Shown piece by piece: positions 31,852 through 42,540 of a DNA stretch of 64,000 nucleotides (position 1 is its first letter; every line of letters begins with the position of its first letter). The stretch lies in NCBI GenBank assembly GCA_045541135.1, contig JAZQIO010000028.1, positions 104,854-168,853 on the forward strand. The letters run 5' to 3'. The translations under genes and the position numbers were made by a program. The notes under the pieces are model-generated. The model had not been told where the DNA came from and made no database searches. It was given only the letters and a program-made list of their open reading frames with translations. This DNA is from Clostridia bacterium. GTDB lineage: Bacteria > Bacillota > Clostridia > Monoglobales > Firm-18.

Positions 31852-32659
31852 AATATACCTCCTCTACGGTACCTATACCGCTTTTATTGCTAAGTAAAAC
31901 AATGTTGTTAAATACATTTTTATCAACACCAAGTCTATTGACCGTTTCTGATATATCACTTCCGTGTGCTGTAGCTATAATATTTACACCCGAAGTCACA
32001 GCTTTTTTTAAAGCTTCGCAATCGCAATCTGCAATTTCGTCGGTAACTATGTATTCAGGTGACATACTTCTTAGTACATATTCAATTCCCTGAGATTTGG
32101 GCGCCAAAGACAAAACATCCGTCATCATTCCAATATCAAAGCTCGGTATTCCGTTGTACATACCTGCAATTTCACCACGTTCATCAACAACGCTTACTTT
32201 ATGCTTTCTGCCAAGGCTTCTGCACAAATCACGTATAACCGTTGTTTTTCCGCAACAGGGCGGAGAAATTACAAGCAGATTTTTTATTTCAAACTTAAGC
32301 TTATCCGAACATCCTTTAAATTCCTTTGCAATTCTTATGTTTACAGTGCTTATATCCTTGATGTTATACACATTTTCATTTTCCATAACCGCCATACCGC
32401 AAACACCTATACGGTGACCTCCTCTGATGGTAATGAATCCTTTTTTTATTTCATCAAGATAAGCATAAACCGAAAAGTCACAAAACCTTTTAAAACACTC
32501 TGTAACTTCAGCATAAGACATAAAATAATCTTTCTTATAATAGATGTTGTCCGCTTTTACAGTTACGTTTTTACCTGCCCTTAAAGTTATCTCGTTTATA
32601 TTATCCGGATTTAATTTTTTAACAAGTCCGGCGGGCAGACGGGATAGTATGTTTTTCAT
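31841..32659 (-). CDS. spoIIIAA: Stage III sporulation protein AA (ATPase)
   Basis: GFITIRGGHRIG, ISPPCCGKTT..RD, VDERGEIA, RSMSP..IVTDEI, ATAHG. Start at ATG 32659 behind GAGGTG. Confidence 0.93.
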   Translation of the reverse strand: MKNILSRLPAGLVKKLNPDNINEITLRAGKNVTVKADNIYYKKDYFMSYAEVTECFKRFCDFSVYAYLDEIKKGFITIRGGHRIGVCGMAVMENENVYNIKDISTVNIRIAKEFKGCSDKLKFEIKNLLVISPPCCGKTTVIRDLCRSLGRKHKVSVVDERGEIAGMYNGIPSFDIGMMTDVLSLAPKSQGIEYVLRSMSPEYIVTDEIADCDCEALKKAVTSGVNIIATAHGSDISETVNRLGVDKNVFNNIVLLSNKSGIGTVEEVYYVD

Positions 32660-32679
32660 TTGTTTCACCTCTTGAATTT

Positions 32680-32708
32680 ATTCTATTTGCAACACAAGAA
32701 AATTAGAA
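32680..32708 (-). promoter_or_regulatory. Putative sigma-E promoter of the spoIIIA operon
   Basis: Minus strand TTCTAAT-14 bp-AATAGAAT, resembling the sigma-E consensus, directly upstream of spoIIIAA. Confidence 0.55.
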
Positions 32709-32715
32709 CACATTA

Positions 32716-32744
32716 TTGACATAATACAAAAAAAGTAATATAAT
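32716..32744 (+). promoter_or_regulatory. Sigma-A promoter of the riboswitch-folT transcript
   Basis: TTGACA-17 bp-TATAAT, a perfect consensus. Confidence 0.8.
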
Positions 32745-32759
32745 AAGTTCATCAAAAAT

Positions 32760-32853
32760 GCAGAGTAAGAATATGTGCGTATAGTGTTAACAGACGGGGA
32801 GTTGCTGTTAAACGAATACTTTTTGTAGCGATACATATTCTGCATCCCGCTGC
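32760..32853 (+). ncRNA. THF (tetrahydrofolate) riboswitch
   Basis: GCAGAGTA..GCGT..AGTG...GACGGGGAGTTGC...ACGAA...GCGAT...GCATCCCGCTGC matches the THF aptamer pattern. It lies upstream of folT and is followed by a hairpin (TCCTT...AAGGAG) able to sequester the RBS. Confidence 0.9.
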
Positions 32854-32922
32854 TTATACGAGGATTATCCTTTTTAAATTAATCTCCGTAATTGAGCAGA
32901 TTTAATTTAAGGAGGTTTTTTT

Positions 32923-33489
32923 ATGTCAAAAAATGAAAATGCACAAAAATTCTGGAGTTTAAAAAGAATATTTTATGTTCCGAAATTTACTACAAAAACA
33001 ATTTGTTCATTAGGATTGCTTATTGCTATTACTGTTGTTTTATCAATAATTTCGGGACATCTCAGGATAGGAAACATAAGCAAGCTTACAATAAGTTTTG
33101 TATCGGTATTTATTGCTGCTTATGCTTTTGGCGGAATTACAGGAGGTTTGGTAGGTGCTTTGGCAGATTTAATATCCTGCTTCGTTAACCCTGTTGGTCC
33201 GCTTATGATACAAATTACACTTATTGAATTTGTTTTCGGTTTCATATATGGTTTGTTTTTTTATAAAACCAACCAAAAACACTATGTTACACTTGTCCTG
33301 ATTTGTGATATAATACAGTTTGTCACAAATATATTTTTAAAAACAGCTGTTCTTTCAGCATCATACACTACACCATTCAGTGGATTTTTTATATCAAGAT
33401 TACCAATGTGTATAATACAAATGATAATTATATTTACAGTAATATCATTAATCAAACCACTTTTAAAAATCATAAACAAAATAGCTTAA
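32923..33489 (+). CDS. folT: Folate ECF transporter S component
   Basis: Hydrophobic ~190-aa S-component pattern (GLLIAITVVL, FGGITGGLVGALADLI, GFIYGLFFY, SRLP) directly downstream of a THF riboswitch. Confidence 0.9.
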   Translation: MSKNENAQKFWSLKRIFYVPKFTTKTICSLGLLIAITVVLSIISGHLRIGNISKLTISFVSVFIAAYAFGGITGGLVGALADLISCFVNPVGPLMIQITLIEFVFGFIYGLFFYKTNQKHYVTLVLICDIIQFVTNIFLKTAVLSASYTTPFSGFFISRLPMCIIQMIIIFTVISLIKPLLKIINKIA

Positions 33490-33525
33490 AAAAAGATACC
33501 GAAATTTTTTTCGGTATCTTTTTTT
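33488..33525 (+). terminator. Terminator after folT
   Basis: Stem AAAAAAGATACCGAAA / TTTCGGTATCTTTTTT. Confidence 0.8.
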
Positions 33526-33574
33526 GACATTTTTCAGTAAAGGTTATGTGTATAATAGTTATAAGGAGGGAAAA

Positions 33575-34405
33575 ATGACTGTTTACATTGACCAATTCAT
33601 AATTATAAATACAATACTCAATTTTATAATACTTTACATTACAAAATCTATCATAAAATCAAAATCATCTAATCCAAGGCTTCTTGTTTCAAGTATTACA
33701 GGTGCTTTATTTGCGATACTTATGCTTTTTCCGCAGGTTAAACCACTTACAAACATATTTGGAAAAATAATCTTTTCACTTATTATTACGGGAATTAGTT
33801 TTAAATCATCGAGTTTTAAAACATATCTTAAAAATCTTTCGGCTTTTTATCTTGTAAGCTTTACAACAGGTGGATGTGCATATGCGTTTATAAATCTTGT
33901 GGGAAGCACTCAATATACTGATACCGCAAAGCTTTTATGTATTACAGTTTTTCTTTCATACGTAATTTTAAATGTTATAACTTCCGTATATGAAAAACAT
34001 TTTAAATACGGAAGCCTGATACATAAACTCAGCATTACTTTAAATGATAAAACTATTGAAACAGAATGCTTTTATGACACGGGAAACAATTTAAAAGACC
34101 CTATCACAAAAAAACCGGTGATAATAGTAAACAGAAGTACGGTCAAAAAACTTTTGCCTGCACACATAGCATACCAACTAACACATGAAACAGATATAAT
34201 GGAAATATACACAACATACTTTGAAGATTTAAAACTTAAAATTATACCCTACCGTACCATAACCGAAAAAGGCTTTATACTCGGTTTTGTACCATCGGAA
34301 GTACTAATTGACGGAGAAGAAAAAAAGGCAATTATAGGAATATCATCATCTGTAATTTCTGATGATAAAAGTTACAACGCAATAGTTAATCCACACAATA
34401 TATAA
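33575..34405 (+). CDS. spoIIGA: Sigma-E processing aspartic peptidase
   Basis: MTVYID N-terminus, five TMs, catalytic YDTGN.LKDP, IIPYRT. Start at ATG 33575 behind AAGGAGG. Confidence 0.93.
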   Translation: MTVYIDQFIIINTILNFIILYITKSIIKSKSSNPRLLVSSITGALFAILMLFPQVKPLTNIFGKIIFSLIITGISFKSSSFKTYLKNLSAFYLVSFTTGGCAYAFINLVGSTQYTDTAKLLCITVFLSYVILNVITSVYEKHFKYGSLIHKLSITLNDKTIETECFYDTGNNLKDPITKKPVIIVNRSTVKKLLPAHIAYQLTHETDIMEIYTTYFEDLKLKIIPYRTITEKGFILGFVPSEVLIDGEEKKAIIGISSSVISDDKSYNAIVNPHNI

Positions 34406-34417
34406 ACGGAGGTTTTC

Positions 34418-35125
34418 ATGAATACATTAGGTAATTTATTTCACACACTAATAAAATTTTTACTTATTCAAAAAAGCAACGAAGCACATTACATTGGAGG
34501 TACAGATGTTTTGCCTCCTCCGCTTTCGGCAAACGAAGAAAAAGATTTACTGAATAACATTAACGACAGCAAAGCAAGAAACAAATTAATTGAACACAAT
34601 TTACGGCTTGTGGTTTACATAGCTAAAAAATTTGAAAATACGGGAATTAATATAGAAGACCTCATTTCGATTGGTACAATAGGTCTTATAAAATCCATAA
34701 ATACATTTAACACTGAAAAAAACATAAAGCTTGCCACTTATTCCTCCAGATGTATTGAAAATGAAATTTTGATGTACCTTAGAAAAAACAACAATTCCAA
34801 AACTGAGATTTCAATTGATGAACCACTAAACACTGATTGGGACGGAAATGAATTACTTTTATCAGATATATTGGGTACCGACCCGGATATAATACACCGT
34901 GAAATTGAAGACGAAGTTGACAGACAGCTATTAAAAGAAGCAATGCACAAGCTTTCACCCCGTGAACTTGAAATAATAAAAATGAGATTTGGAATAGGTA
35001 TACCGGAAGAAAAAACACAAAAAGAAGTTGCCGATATGCTTGGAATTTCACAATCATACATTTCAAGATTGGAAAAGAAAATAATTAACAGATTAAGAAA
35101 AGAAATTAACAAAATGATTGATTAG
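34418..35125 (+). CDS. sigE: RNA polymerase sporulation sigma factor SigE (pro-sigE)
   Basis: [54 protein letters not shown]. Confidence 0.97.
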   Translation: MNTLGNLFHTLIKFLLIQKSNEAHYIGGTDVLPPPLSANEEKDLLNNINDSKARNKLIEHNLRLVVYIAKKFENTGINIEDLISIGTIGLIKSINTFNTEKNIKLATYSSRCIENEILMYLRKNNNSKTEISIDEPLNTDWDGNELLLSDILGTDPDIIHREIEDEVDRQLLKEAMHKLSPRELEIIKMRFGIGIPEEKTQKEVADMLGISQSYISRLEKKIINRLRKEINKMID

Positions 35126-35135
35126 GAGTTGTTTT

Positions 35136-36257
35136 ATGATTAAAAAATCTGTTATATTATTGGCTTTGTTTTTACTGTACACTGTTGGGGTTTATGCAAT
35201 ATCTGCACAAAATGCATTGGTAATGGATGCCGAAACAGGCAGGGTATTATTTGAACATAACGGTTATGATAAAAAAGGAATAGCAAGTACAACGAAAATA
35301 TTGACTGCATTGGTTGTTTTGGAAAATTGTAACCTCACCGATATTGTAACAGTATCATACAATGCATCAATTACAGAAGGTTCTTCCATGTATTTAAAAT
35401 CGAATGAAAAAATATCTGTTGAAGATTTGTTGTACGGTTTAATGCTTAACTCCGGAAATGATGCTGCAACCGCACTTGCTGAACACACAAGCGGCAGTAT
35501 TGAAGAATTCGCAAAACTAATGAACAGAAAAGCCAATGAAATCGGTATGAAAAATTCATCCTTTGCAAACCCTCATGGATTAGACAACGAAAACCACTAT
35601 TCAACAGCCTATGATATGGCATTACTTACAAGATACGCAATGGAAAATGAAAAATTCAGAACAATTGTATCAACAAAACAAAAAATAGCCAAAACTCAAG
35701 AAGAAGGAAAATATAGATATTTAACCAATCACAACAAGCTTTTATCAAAATATCAGTGGTGTAAAGGCGTAAAAACAGGCTTTACCAAAAAGAGCGGACG
35801 ATGTTTGGTTTCATATGCAGAAAAAGAAGGTGTAAAGTTAATTACCATTACACTTAATGCTCCTGATGATTGGAATGACCATATCAACTTATATGAACAA
35901 TACTTCAATAATTACAAGTCATATAAAATAATTAATACCAACGATTATTTATGTTCTGTAAATATAGAAAATGCAGAACAAAACACATTGAATTTATATA
36001 ATTGTAAAGCTATTACATTGACACTAAGTAATGAAGAATATAAAAATTTACAGATTAAATATAACTATCCTAAAAGCATAAAAGCACCTGTATATGTTGA
36101 TCAGGTAATAGGTAATACCGAAATATTATTAAATGGAAAGGTTATTTCATCTTCTCCCATCATAAGTAAAGAAGGAATTGTACAAAAAACTTCGAAAAGA
36201 TATAGCAAAATTTTGAAATTTCTTGCTAAAAATCTTGTTTTAATATTTAAATCATAA
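35136..36257 (+). CDS. D-alanyl-D-alanine carboxypeptidase (peptidase S11, DacB/DacF-like)
   Basis: Signal peptide; STTK (SxxK), SGN, NPHGL, KTGFT; PBP5-type C-terminal domain. Confidence 0.92.
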   Translation: MIKKSVILLALFLLYTVGVYAISAQNALVMDAETGRVLFEHNGYDKKGIASTTKILTALVVLENCNLTDIVTVSYNASITEGSSMYLKSNEKISVEDLLYGLMLNSGNDAATALAEHTSGSIEEFAKLMNRKANEIGMKNSSFANPHGLDNENHYSTAYDMALLTRYAMENEKFRTIVSTKQKIAKTQEEGKYRYLTNHNKLLSKYQWCKGVKTGFTKKSGRCLVSYAEKEGVKLITITLNAPDDWNDHINLYEQYFNNYKSYKIINTNDYLCSVNIENAEQNTLNLYNCKAITLTLSNEEYKNLQIKYNYPKSIKAPVYVDQVIGNTEILLNGKVISSSPIISKEGIVQKTSKRYSKILKFLAKNLVLIFKS

Positions 36258-36283
36258 AACCACAAACTGTGGTTTTATTTTTT
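36254..36283 (+). terminator. Terminator after the carboxypeptidase
   Basis: Stem ATAAAACCACA / TGTGGTTTTAT plus a T-run. Confidence 0.75.
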
Positions 36284-36345
36284 TGATACATATAAATTTG
36301 TTTTTTGAACAATAATAACCAAAATAAAATATACGGAGGTTTATT

Positions 36346-37344
36346 ATGAAAAAATTTATTGCACCTGTAATTTTAACAATTACTTTAATGTTAATGCTGT
36401 GCGGTTGTAACGGAAGCGTATCAGACAAACCAAAAATTGGTGTATGTTTATATAAATATGATGACACATACATTTCAACAGTACGCCAGGAACTTGAAAA
36501 ATTGACAAAAGATAAAGCAGAGCTATATCTTAATGACGGTAAAGGTGACCAGGGTACACAAAATGACCAGATAGACTTATTAATACAAAAAGGGGTTGAT
36601 GTGCTTGTAGTTAATCTTGTTGACGTAGGTGCAGCACAAACAGTTATTACAAAAGCAAAAACAGCAGATATTCCTATTATTTTCTTTAACAGAGAACCAA
36701 GCAATGATGTTTTAAATTCATACGATAAAGCTATTTTTATAGGTACAAATGCAAAGGAAGCCGGTATTATTCAAGGTGAAATTGTTTCAAAAACATGGAA
36801 CAGTGGCGATTACGATAAAAATAATGACGGCATATTGCAATATGTAATGCTAAAAGGTGAACCTGATAACCCGGAAGCTGTCGCAAGAACCGATTATTCT
36901 CTTAAAACAATAAAGGAAAAAGGTATTGATATTGAAGAACTTGGATTACAGGTATGCAACTGGGATACAGAGCTTGCCAATAGTGCTATGTCCGGTTGGC
37001 TTACAAAATACGGAGATAAAATAGAATTTGTAATTTCGAATAACGATGCCATGGCACAGGGGGCTGTTTCGGCATTACAATCTGCGGGATACAACAAAGG
37101 TGATAAAAACAAATATGTACCCGTTGTGGGAGTTGATGCAACTGATGCCGCAAAAGACCTTATTTCAAAAGGATATATGACTGCAACCGTACTTCAGGAC
37201 GGAAAAGCTATGGCAGAAGCCATAAGTAATATTGCAATTAACAGTTCAAAAGGTAATGAATTTTTATTAGATACAATATATGAATTTGACGAATCCGGTA
37301 AAGCGGTCAGAATTCCTTACAAATCATACGAAGGTGAAAAATAA
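36346..37344 (+). CDS. mglB: Galactose/glucose ABC transporter substrate-binding lipoprotein
   Basis: Lipobox LCGC; YKYDD, VNLVD, FNREP, LKGEP..P.A.AR, NNDAMAQGA, GVDAT. Confidence 0.92.
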   Translation: MKKFIAPVILTITLMLMLCGCNGSVSDKPKIGVCLYKYDDTYISTVRQELEKLTKDKAELYLNDGKGDQGTQNDQIDLLIQKGVDVLVVNLVDVGAAQTVITKAKTADIPIIFFNREPSNDVLNSYDKAIFIGTNAKEAGIIQGEIVSKTWNSGDYDKNNDGILQYVMLKGEPDNPEAVARTDYSLKTIKEKGIDIEELGLQVCNWDTELANSAMSGWLTKYGDKIEFVISNNDAMAQGAVSALQSAGYNKGDKNKYVPVVGVDATDAAKDLISKGYMTATVLQDGKAMAEAISNIAINSSKGNEFLLDTIYEFDESGKAVRIPYKSYEGEK

Positions 37345-38832
37345 ATGCTTCTTACAATGGAAAACATCTGCAAACGCTTTGGAAACACCATAGCACTTGA
37401 CAAAGTTTCACTAAAGCTTGAGGAAGGTTCTATCCATGCACTTATGGGTGAAAACGGTGCAGGTAAATCTACACTTATGAAGTGTCTTTTTGGCGTATAC
37501 CGCAAGGACAAGGGCATTATTAGACTTAAAGAGCGGGAAATTAATTTTACAAACCCAAAACAAGCTTTAGAAAACGGTGTTGCAATGGTTCATCAGGAGC
37601 TTAATCAGGTGCTTGAACAAACTGTTTTGGAAAATATATGGTTAGGACGTTACAAAAACAAATTCGGAATAATCAACAAAAAAGAAATGTATGGAGAAAC
37701 TTTAAACATTTTTAAAAATTTAAATATTGATATAGATCCCGATACGAAAATAGGTTCACTATCCGTATCACAAAGACAGATGGTTGAAATTGCAAAAGCA
37801 GTATCATATCACGCAAAAGTAATTGCAATGGACGAGCCTACCTCCTCCCTTAACGAGCGTGAGGTTGAACATTTATTTAAAATACTGAATATGTTAAAGT
37901 CTGCAGGCTGCGGGATAATATATATTTCACACAAAATGGCTGAAATTCTTGAAATTTCCGATACTGTAACAATAATGCGTGACGGAAAAACCATATCATC
38001 ACATGAAGCAAAAGAACTAACAACCGACAAAATAATAAATTTTATGGTTGGTCGTGAATTAAACGAAAGATTTCCAACTAAAACAAATACGCCGTCAGAC
38101 ATAATTTTAGAGGTTAAAAACTTAAACACAAAACACAAACCTCGTCTTACCGATATAAATTTCAGTTTAAGAAAAGGGGAAATTTTAGGTATAGCAGGCT
38201 TGGTCAGCTCGGGAAGAACAGAAATTCTGGAAACTCTTTTTGGTATGCGAAAGACAGAAAGCGGTACGATTTCAGTTAACGGTACTGTTGTTGTTAACAA
38301 TAATCCGCTTCAGGCTAAAAAGAATAACTTTGCGCTTCTTACAGAGGAACGCCGTGCCAACGGTATTTTTCCCTCATTAAGCATTGAGGCAAACACTACT
38401 ATATCAAGTCTTAAAGACTACAATAAAGCATTTTATATTGATAATTCACTTATAAAACAGGTAACTAACGAAACAATACAAAAGCTTAAAATTAAAACAG
38501 CTGACAGTAAATCAAAAATTAAAACGCTGTCCGGCGGTAATCAGCAAAAGGTTATTTTGGGCAGATGGCTGCTTACAAGGCCGGAAATACTTTTACTGGA
38601 TGAGCCAACCAGAGGAATTGACGTTGGTGCAAAATACGAAATATATCAGCTTATAAATGAACTTGCATCAAACGGCAAAGGTATAATTGTCGTATCATCG
38701 GAAATGGCTGAACTTTTGGGTATATGTGACCGCATAATGGTAATGTCCAACTACAAGGTTGCAGGCATATTGGAAAATAACAAAAGCACAGACCAGGAAA
38801 CAATTATGAAGCTTGCTTCAAAATATATATAG
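37345..38832 (+). CDS. mglA: Galactose/methyl-galactoside ABC transporter ATPase
   Basis: GENGAGKSTLMKCLFG, MDEPTSSL, LSGGNQQK, DEPTRGIDVGAK. Confidence 0.93.
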   Translation: MLLTMENICKRFGNTIALDKVSLKLEEGSIHALMGENGAGKSTLMKCLFGVYRKDKGIIRLKEREINFTNPKQALENGVAMVHQELNQVLEQTVLENIWLGRYKNKFGIINKKEMYGETLNIFKNLNIDIDPDTKIGSLSVSQRQMVEIAKAVSYHAKVIAMDEPTSSLNEREVEHLFKILNMLKSAGCGIIYISHKMAEILEISDTVTIMRDGKTISSHEAKELTTDKIINFMVGRELNERFPTKTNTPSDIILEVKNLNTKHKPRLTDINFSLRKGEILGIAGLVSSGRTEILETLFGMRKTESGTISVNGTVVVNNNPLQAKKNNFALLTEERRANGIFPSLSIEANTTISSLKDYNKAFYIDNSLIKQVTNETIQKLKIKTADSKSKIKTLSGGNQQKVILGRWLLTRPEILLLDEPTRGIDVGAKYEIYQLINELASNGKGIIVVSSEMAELLGICDRIMVMSNYKVAGILENNKSTDQETIMKLASKYI

Positions 38833-38846
38833 ACACAGGTGAGTTA

Positions 38847-39860
38847 ATGAACAGAGAAAAAATAAACATTGGTGAATTTTTAATAAATTATTCACTTTAT
38901 ATAGTCCTTGGTGTAATGATTCTTGCAGTAATCATAACAGAGCCAAGCTTTATATCCACCAAAAACATTACAAATATTCTAAGTCAGGCATCAACAAGAG
39001 GAATACTTGCCCTTGGTGTTGCAGGTTTAATTGTGTTACAGGGTACAGACCTTTCTGCCGGTAGAATTTTGGGACTTTCAGCCATAGTATCCGCATCACT
39101 TTTACAGTCTGTAACGTATTCATCAAGAATGTATGCTGACTTACCGCAGTTACCATTAATAGTACCCTTTATTATTGCAATTGCAATAGGCGGAATATTC
39201 GGTGCAATAAACGGTTTCGGCGTAGCAAAACTTAAGCTTCACGCTTTTATTATATCTTTAGGCACACAGCTTATTGCATACGGTATTTCATGTATTTATA
39301 TAGACAGACCTCCACTTGGAGCACAGCCTGTGGCAAATCTTGACGAACGATATACAAATTTTGTGAACGGCAGCTTTAAAATAGGTAGTTTTGAACTTCC
39401 GTACCTTATTTTATATCTTATTTTTGTGGCAATTATAATGTGGTTTATATGGAATAAAACAGTGCTTGGAAAAAATATGTTTGCAATAGGCGGAAATCCT
39501 GAAGCTGCCGCCGTGTCGGGAGTAAATCTGTTTAAAAATATTATGATTATTTTTATAATATCAGGTATTTTATATGGTACGGCAGGATTTCTTGAGGCAG
39601 GCAGAATAGGCTCGGCAACAAGTAATACAGGCATAAACTACGAGCTTGACGCAATTTCTGCCTGTGTTGTGGGTGGAGTATCTTTTTCAGGCGGTATAGG
39701 TACAATACCCGGCGTGCTGATAGGTACGGTAATACTGCAGTTTATAAACTACGGACTTAATTATGTTGGTATTAGTCCATACTTCCAGTATATAATCAAA
39801 GGTTTAATAATTATACTTGCAGTATCAATAGATGTGAGAAAATATTTGGATAAAAAATAA
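38847..39860 (+). CDS. mglC: Galactoside ABC transporter permease
   Basis: GTDLSAGR, GKNMFAIGGNPEAA.VSGVN, YELDAISACVVGGVSFSGG. Confidence 0.93.
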   Translation: MNREKINIGEFLINYSLYIVLGVMILAVIITEPSFISTKNITNILSQASTRGILALGVAGLIVLQGTDLSAGRILGLSAIVSASLLQSVTYSSRMYADLPQLPLIVPFIIAIAIGGIFGAINGFGVAKLKLHAFIISLGTQLIAYGISCIYIDRPPLGAQPVANLDERYTNFVNGSFKIGSFELPYLILYLIFVAIIMWFIWNKTVLGKNMFAIGGNPEAAAVSGVNLFKNIMIIFIISGILYGTAGFLEAGRIGSATSNTGINYELDAISACVVGGVSFSGGIGTIPGVLIGTVILQFINYGLNYVGISPYFQYIIKGLIIILAVSIDVRKYLDKK

Positions 39861-39877
39861 AAGGGCATTCAGCCCTT

Positions 39878-40594
39878 TTATTTTGGTTCTGTACAATTTG
39901 TTGGGATATAATCAAGCCCCATATCAATCATTCTTTTAACGCTTTCCTGATTATCACCTGCACGAAGGCACACTTTAACTCCATTTTTATGAGTTTCTTC
40001 TATAAGACCTTCAGGTACATCATCAAGGTTAGGATAGTTATAGGAAAGACCCCCATTACCCATTTTTGAAATTTCAAGCATTTTTTCATAATCGGAAAAA
40101 ATATGATGAATAAATATATTGCTAAGTTCTCTTGCCTCTGCAACATGCTCAAACTTCACTGAAGAAAGTACACTTCTTTCAGTAAGACCCATATCTTCAA
40201 CCATTTTAAGTACAGCAGGAACAACCTTTCCCTTTGTTTCGATAAACGGAACACAACCTGCATCTTTACATATTGTAAGATATTCTTCAAACAATGGCAT
40301 TCTTAGCATACTATCGTCAATATTTTCAATATTGTTACCTTTGCACATTCTGTACTGACTAAGTTCCTCGTATGTCGTTTCTTCTATAATCACATCTACA
40401 CCATATGTACGTTTTAAAGAAGAATCGTGGCAACAAACCAAAATTCCGTCGGATGTAGTGTGCACATCGGTCTCGATAGCCCAGAATTTACGTTTTGCCG
40501 CCTCATTAAAAGAAATCAAGGAGTTTTCAGGTGCAACAGGTGTAAAACCCCTGTGAGCAATAAAAAGCGGTTTTTTGCCTTCAAATAGTTTCAT
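39878..40594 (-). CDS. Glycerophosphodiester phosphodiesterase family protein
   Basis: IAHRG...PENS, IETDVH, CHD, IETK. Confidence 0.9.
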   Translation of the reverse strand: MKLFEGKKPLFIAHRGFTPVAPENSLISFNEAAKRKFWAIETDVHTTSDGILVCCHDSSLKRTYGVDVIIEETTYEELSQYRMCKGNNIENIDDSMLRMPLFEEYLTICKDAGCVPFIETKGKVVPAVLKMVEDMGLTERSVLSSVKFEHVAEARELSNIFIHHIFSDYEKMLEISKMGNGGLSYNYPNLDDVPEGLIEETHKNGVKVCLRAGDNQESVKRMIDMGLDYIPTNCTEPK

Positions 40595-40595
40595 G

Positions 40596-42413
40596 TTATT
40601 TCACCTCGAATGAGAAAATGTGTGCCTGTGAACTTCCGTAATCACTCCACAATGATTCTGAATAATATGTACCAAGTGGTATAAATCTTACAGCCTTTGC
40701 ATCGACATTGATTTTTTCTCTTATCATTCGCTGATGATTTTCGTGAGTTTCATATACAGTTACCCATTCATCGTTGTCATTTAAAATTTCTACTTTAAAT
40801 GATTTTATCATACATTTTGGGAAACCAAAAGATGTATAGTTGTAATCAAGACGTCTGAAAAGTGTAGTGGATATATTAAGACCATCAGGATTACCTTCTG
40901 TATATTCTCTGTCAAGGTCACTGTCTACAATAAGTCTGAATTCTTCAAGATGTGTTTTTTCTTTAAATTCATATGTAACGGCACGGTTAACCATACCCCA
41001 GTAACCGTTATCATTACCCCATATTTTACGGTCAACACCGTTTAAAATATTTGAAGCATCTCCCCATACAGCAGATAGTGTTTCATTTGTGCAAAGAGGA
41101 GAAATCTTACGTTTGAAATGTGGCAAGAGGCAGTCGTCATCCATAAGGATATTCTGAAGTTCTTCTATTTTTTGCTTTCCAAGCTCACGGATTGTGAGGT
41201 CATACTTTGTTGCAAGAGCAGCAGCTGTACCTGCCGCCTGACCAACTACACCGCATGTAGCCATAACCCGAACTGTAGCAAAAGCGATGTGTGAAGCACT
41301 AATATTTCTACCTGCAAACATAAGATTTTCAACATTTTTGGAATATAGTGAACGTAGCGGAATACCGTAAGGCTCTGTAAGTCTTCTCTTTTGAAGATGA
41401 TTTCCACCCTTACCGTCCATTGCAAAACCGCCGGGAAGGTGATTGTCTATCTGCCAACCACCGTAGGCAACTTCGTCATCAAATTTTGCCGCATTTTCAA
41501 CATCATTCTGTGTAAGAACATAGTCACCAACATATCTGCGGCTTTCACGCTTACCGGGCAAAAAGCCTATAAAATCAAGTTCCCAATTATCAGCACCGTG
41601 ATCACCATGATTTTTCATATGATCCCAGACACCAAAAGCTATCTTTAAAAGCTCATCGCGAACCTCTTCCGTATCATGAATGGAATCAACTTCACCACCA
41701 AGCTCAATCCAATAGAAATTGGTATTAATTTTATTCAAACAATCGTGAGGCTTAAACTTCATATCCTCATCGGTTTCAAACTTATATGCCCAGTCAGGTG
41801 CTTTAAATTCACAGTAATGGTCGGTTTCATGTGCCTGAATCATTAGACTCATACCCATAGTCTTTTTATCTGCTTTTTCAAGTCCGAATTCTTCATTGAA
41901 TTCTTCTCTTGCTTCACGACCAACCTTATATTCTGCACCAGAAAGGTCAGCAAGGATACTGTCACCTGAACAGTCAATAAATATTTTGGCATTTACAGTC
42001 TGCCATGTATATGTAGTAAGCTGAAACCCTGTAACACTTTCGATTTTGCCGTTATTTACAACTGCATCACAGCAGGCACAGTTAAGTAAAAGTTCGATAT
42101 TTTCTTCAGCCTTTACCTTTTCATACAAAATCGAATCCCATATAGAAAAGTTTCTCGTTGGATTACGGTACATATTTTCAAGAAGTACCTCTTCCATTAT
42201 TCCTGTTTCCTGTAAGTTTCTAACACGACTTCCTGCACCTGAAACCCACATTCTTATTTCACTTGAAGCGTTACCACCAAGCATTGGTCTGTCCTGCATA
42301 AGAACAACACTTGCACCTGTACGTGCCGCAGCAATTGCTGCAAATGTACCTGCAAGACCACCGCCAACAACACAAACATCAACATTTCTGCTTTTTTTCA
42401 TAAGTTCGCCCAT
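40596..42413 (-). CDS. FAD-dependent oxidoreductase (FAD_oxidored family) with a C-terminal beta-sandwich
   Basis: VVGGGLAG..AA.AAAR, DRPMLGGNASSEIR, IDCSGD, KRESRR, AGRNISASH...RVMATC. Confidence 0.88.
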   Translation of the reverse strand: MGELMKKSRNVDVCVVGGGLAGTFAAIAAARTGASVVLMQDRPMLGGNASSEIRMWVSGAGSRVRNLQETGIMEEVLLENMYRNPTRNFSIWDSILYEKVKAEENIELLLNCACCDAVVNNGKIESVTGFQLTTYTWQTVNAKIFIDCSGDSILADLSGAEYKVGREAREEFNEEFGLEKADKKTMGMSLMIQAHETDHYCEFKAPDWAYKFETDEDMKFKPHDCLNKINTNFYWIELGGEVDSIHDTEEVRDELLKIAFGVWDHMKNHGDHGADNWELDFIGFLPGKRESRRYVGDYVLTQNDVENAAKFDDEVAYGGWQIDNHLPGGFAMDGKGGNHLQKRRLTEPYGIPLRSLYSKNVENLMFAGRNISASHIAFATVRVMATCGVVGQAAGTAAALATKYDLTIRELGKQKIEELQNILMDDDCLLPHFKRKISPLCTNETLSAVWGDASNILNGVDRKIWGNDNGYWGMVNRAVTYEFKEKTHLEEFRLIVDSDLDREYTEGNPDGLNISTTLFRRLDYNYTSFGFPKCMIKSFKVEILNDNDEWVTVYETHENHQRMIREKINVDAKAVRFIPLGTYYSESLWSDYGSSQAHIFSFEVK

Positions 42414-42540
42414 CGATAATCACATCTCCTATTGACAAATTTATTTTTTATAACTATAATCATTATAAAATCTTAAAATCAAAAAATATATATCTTTTGT
42501 GACTACATTTTTTTGATTTGTGATATTTGGAGTTGATTTT

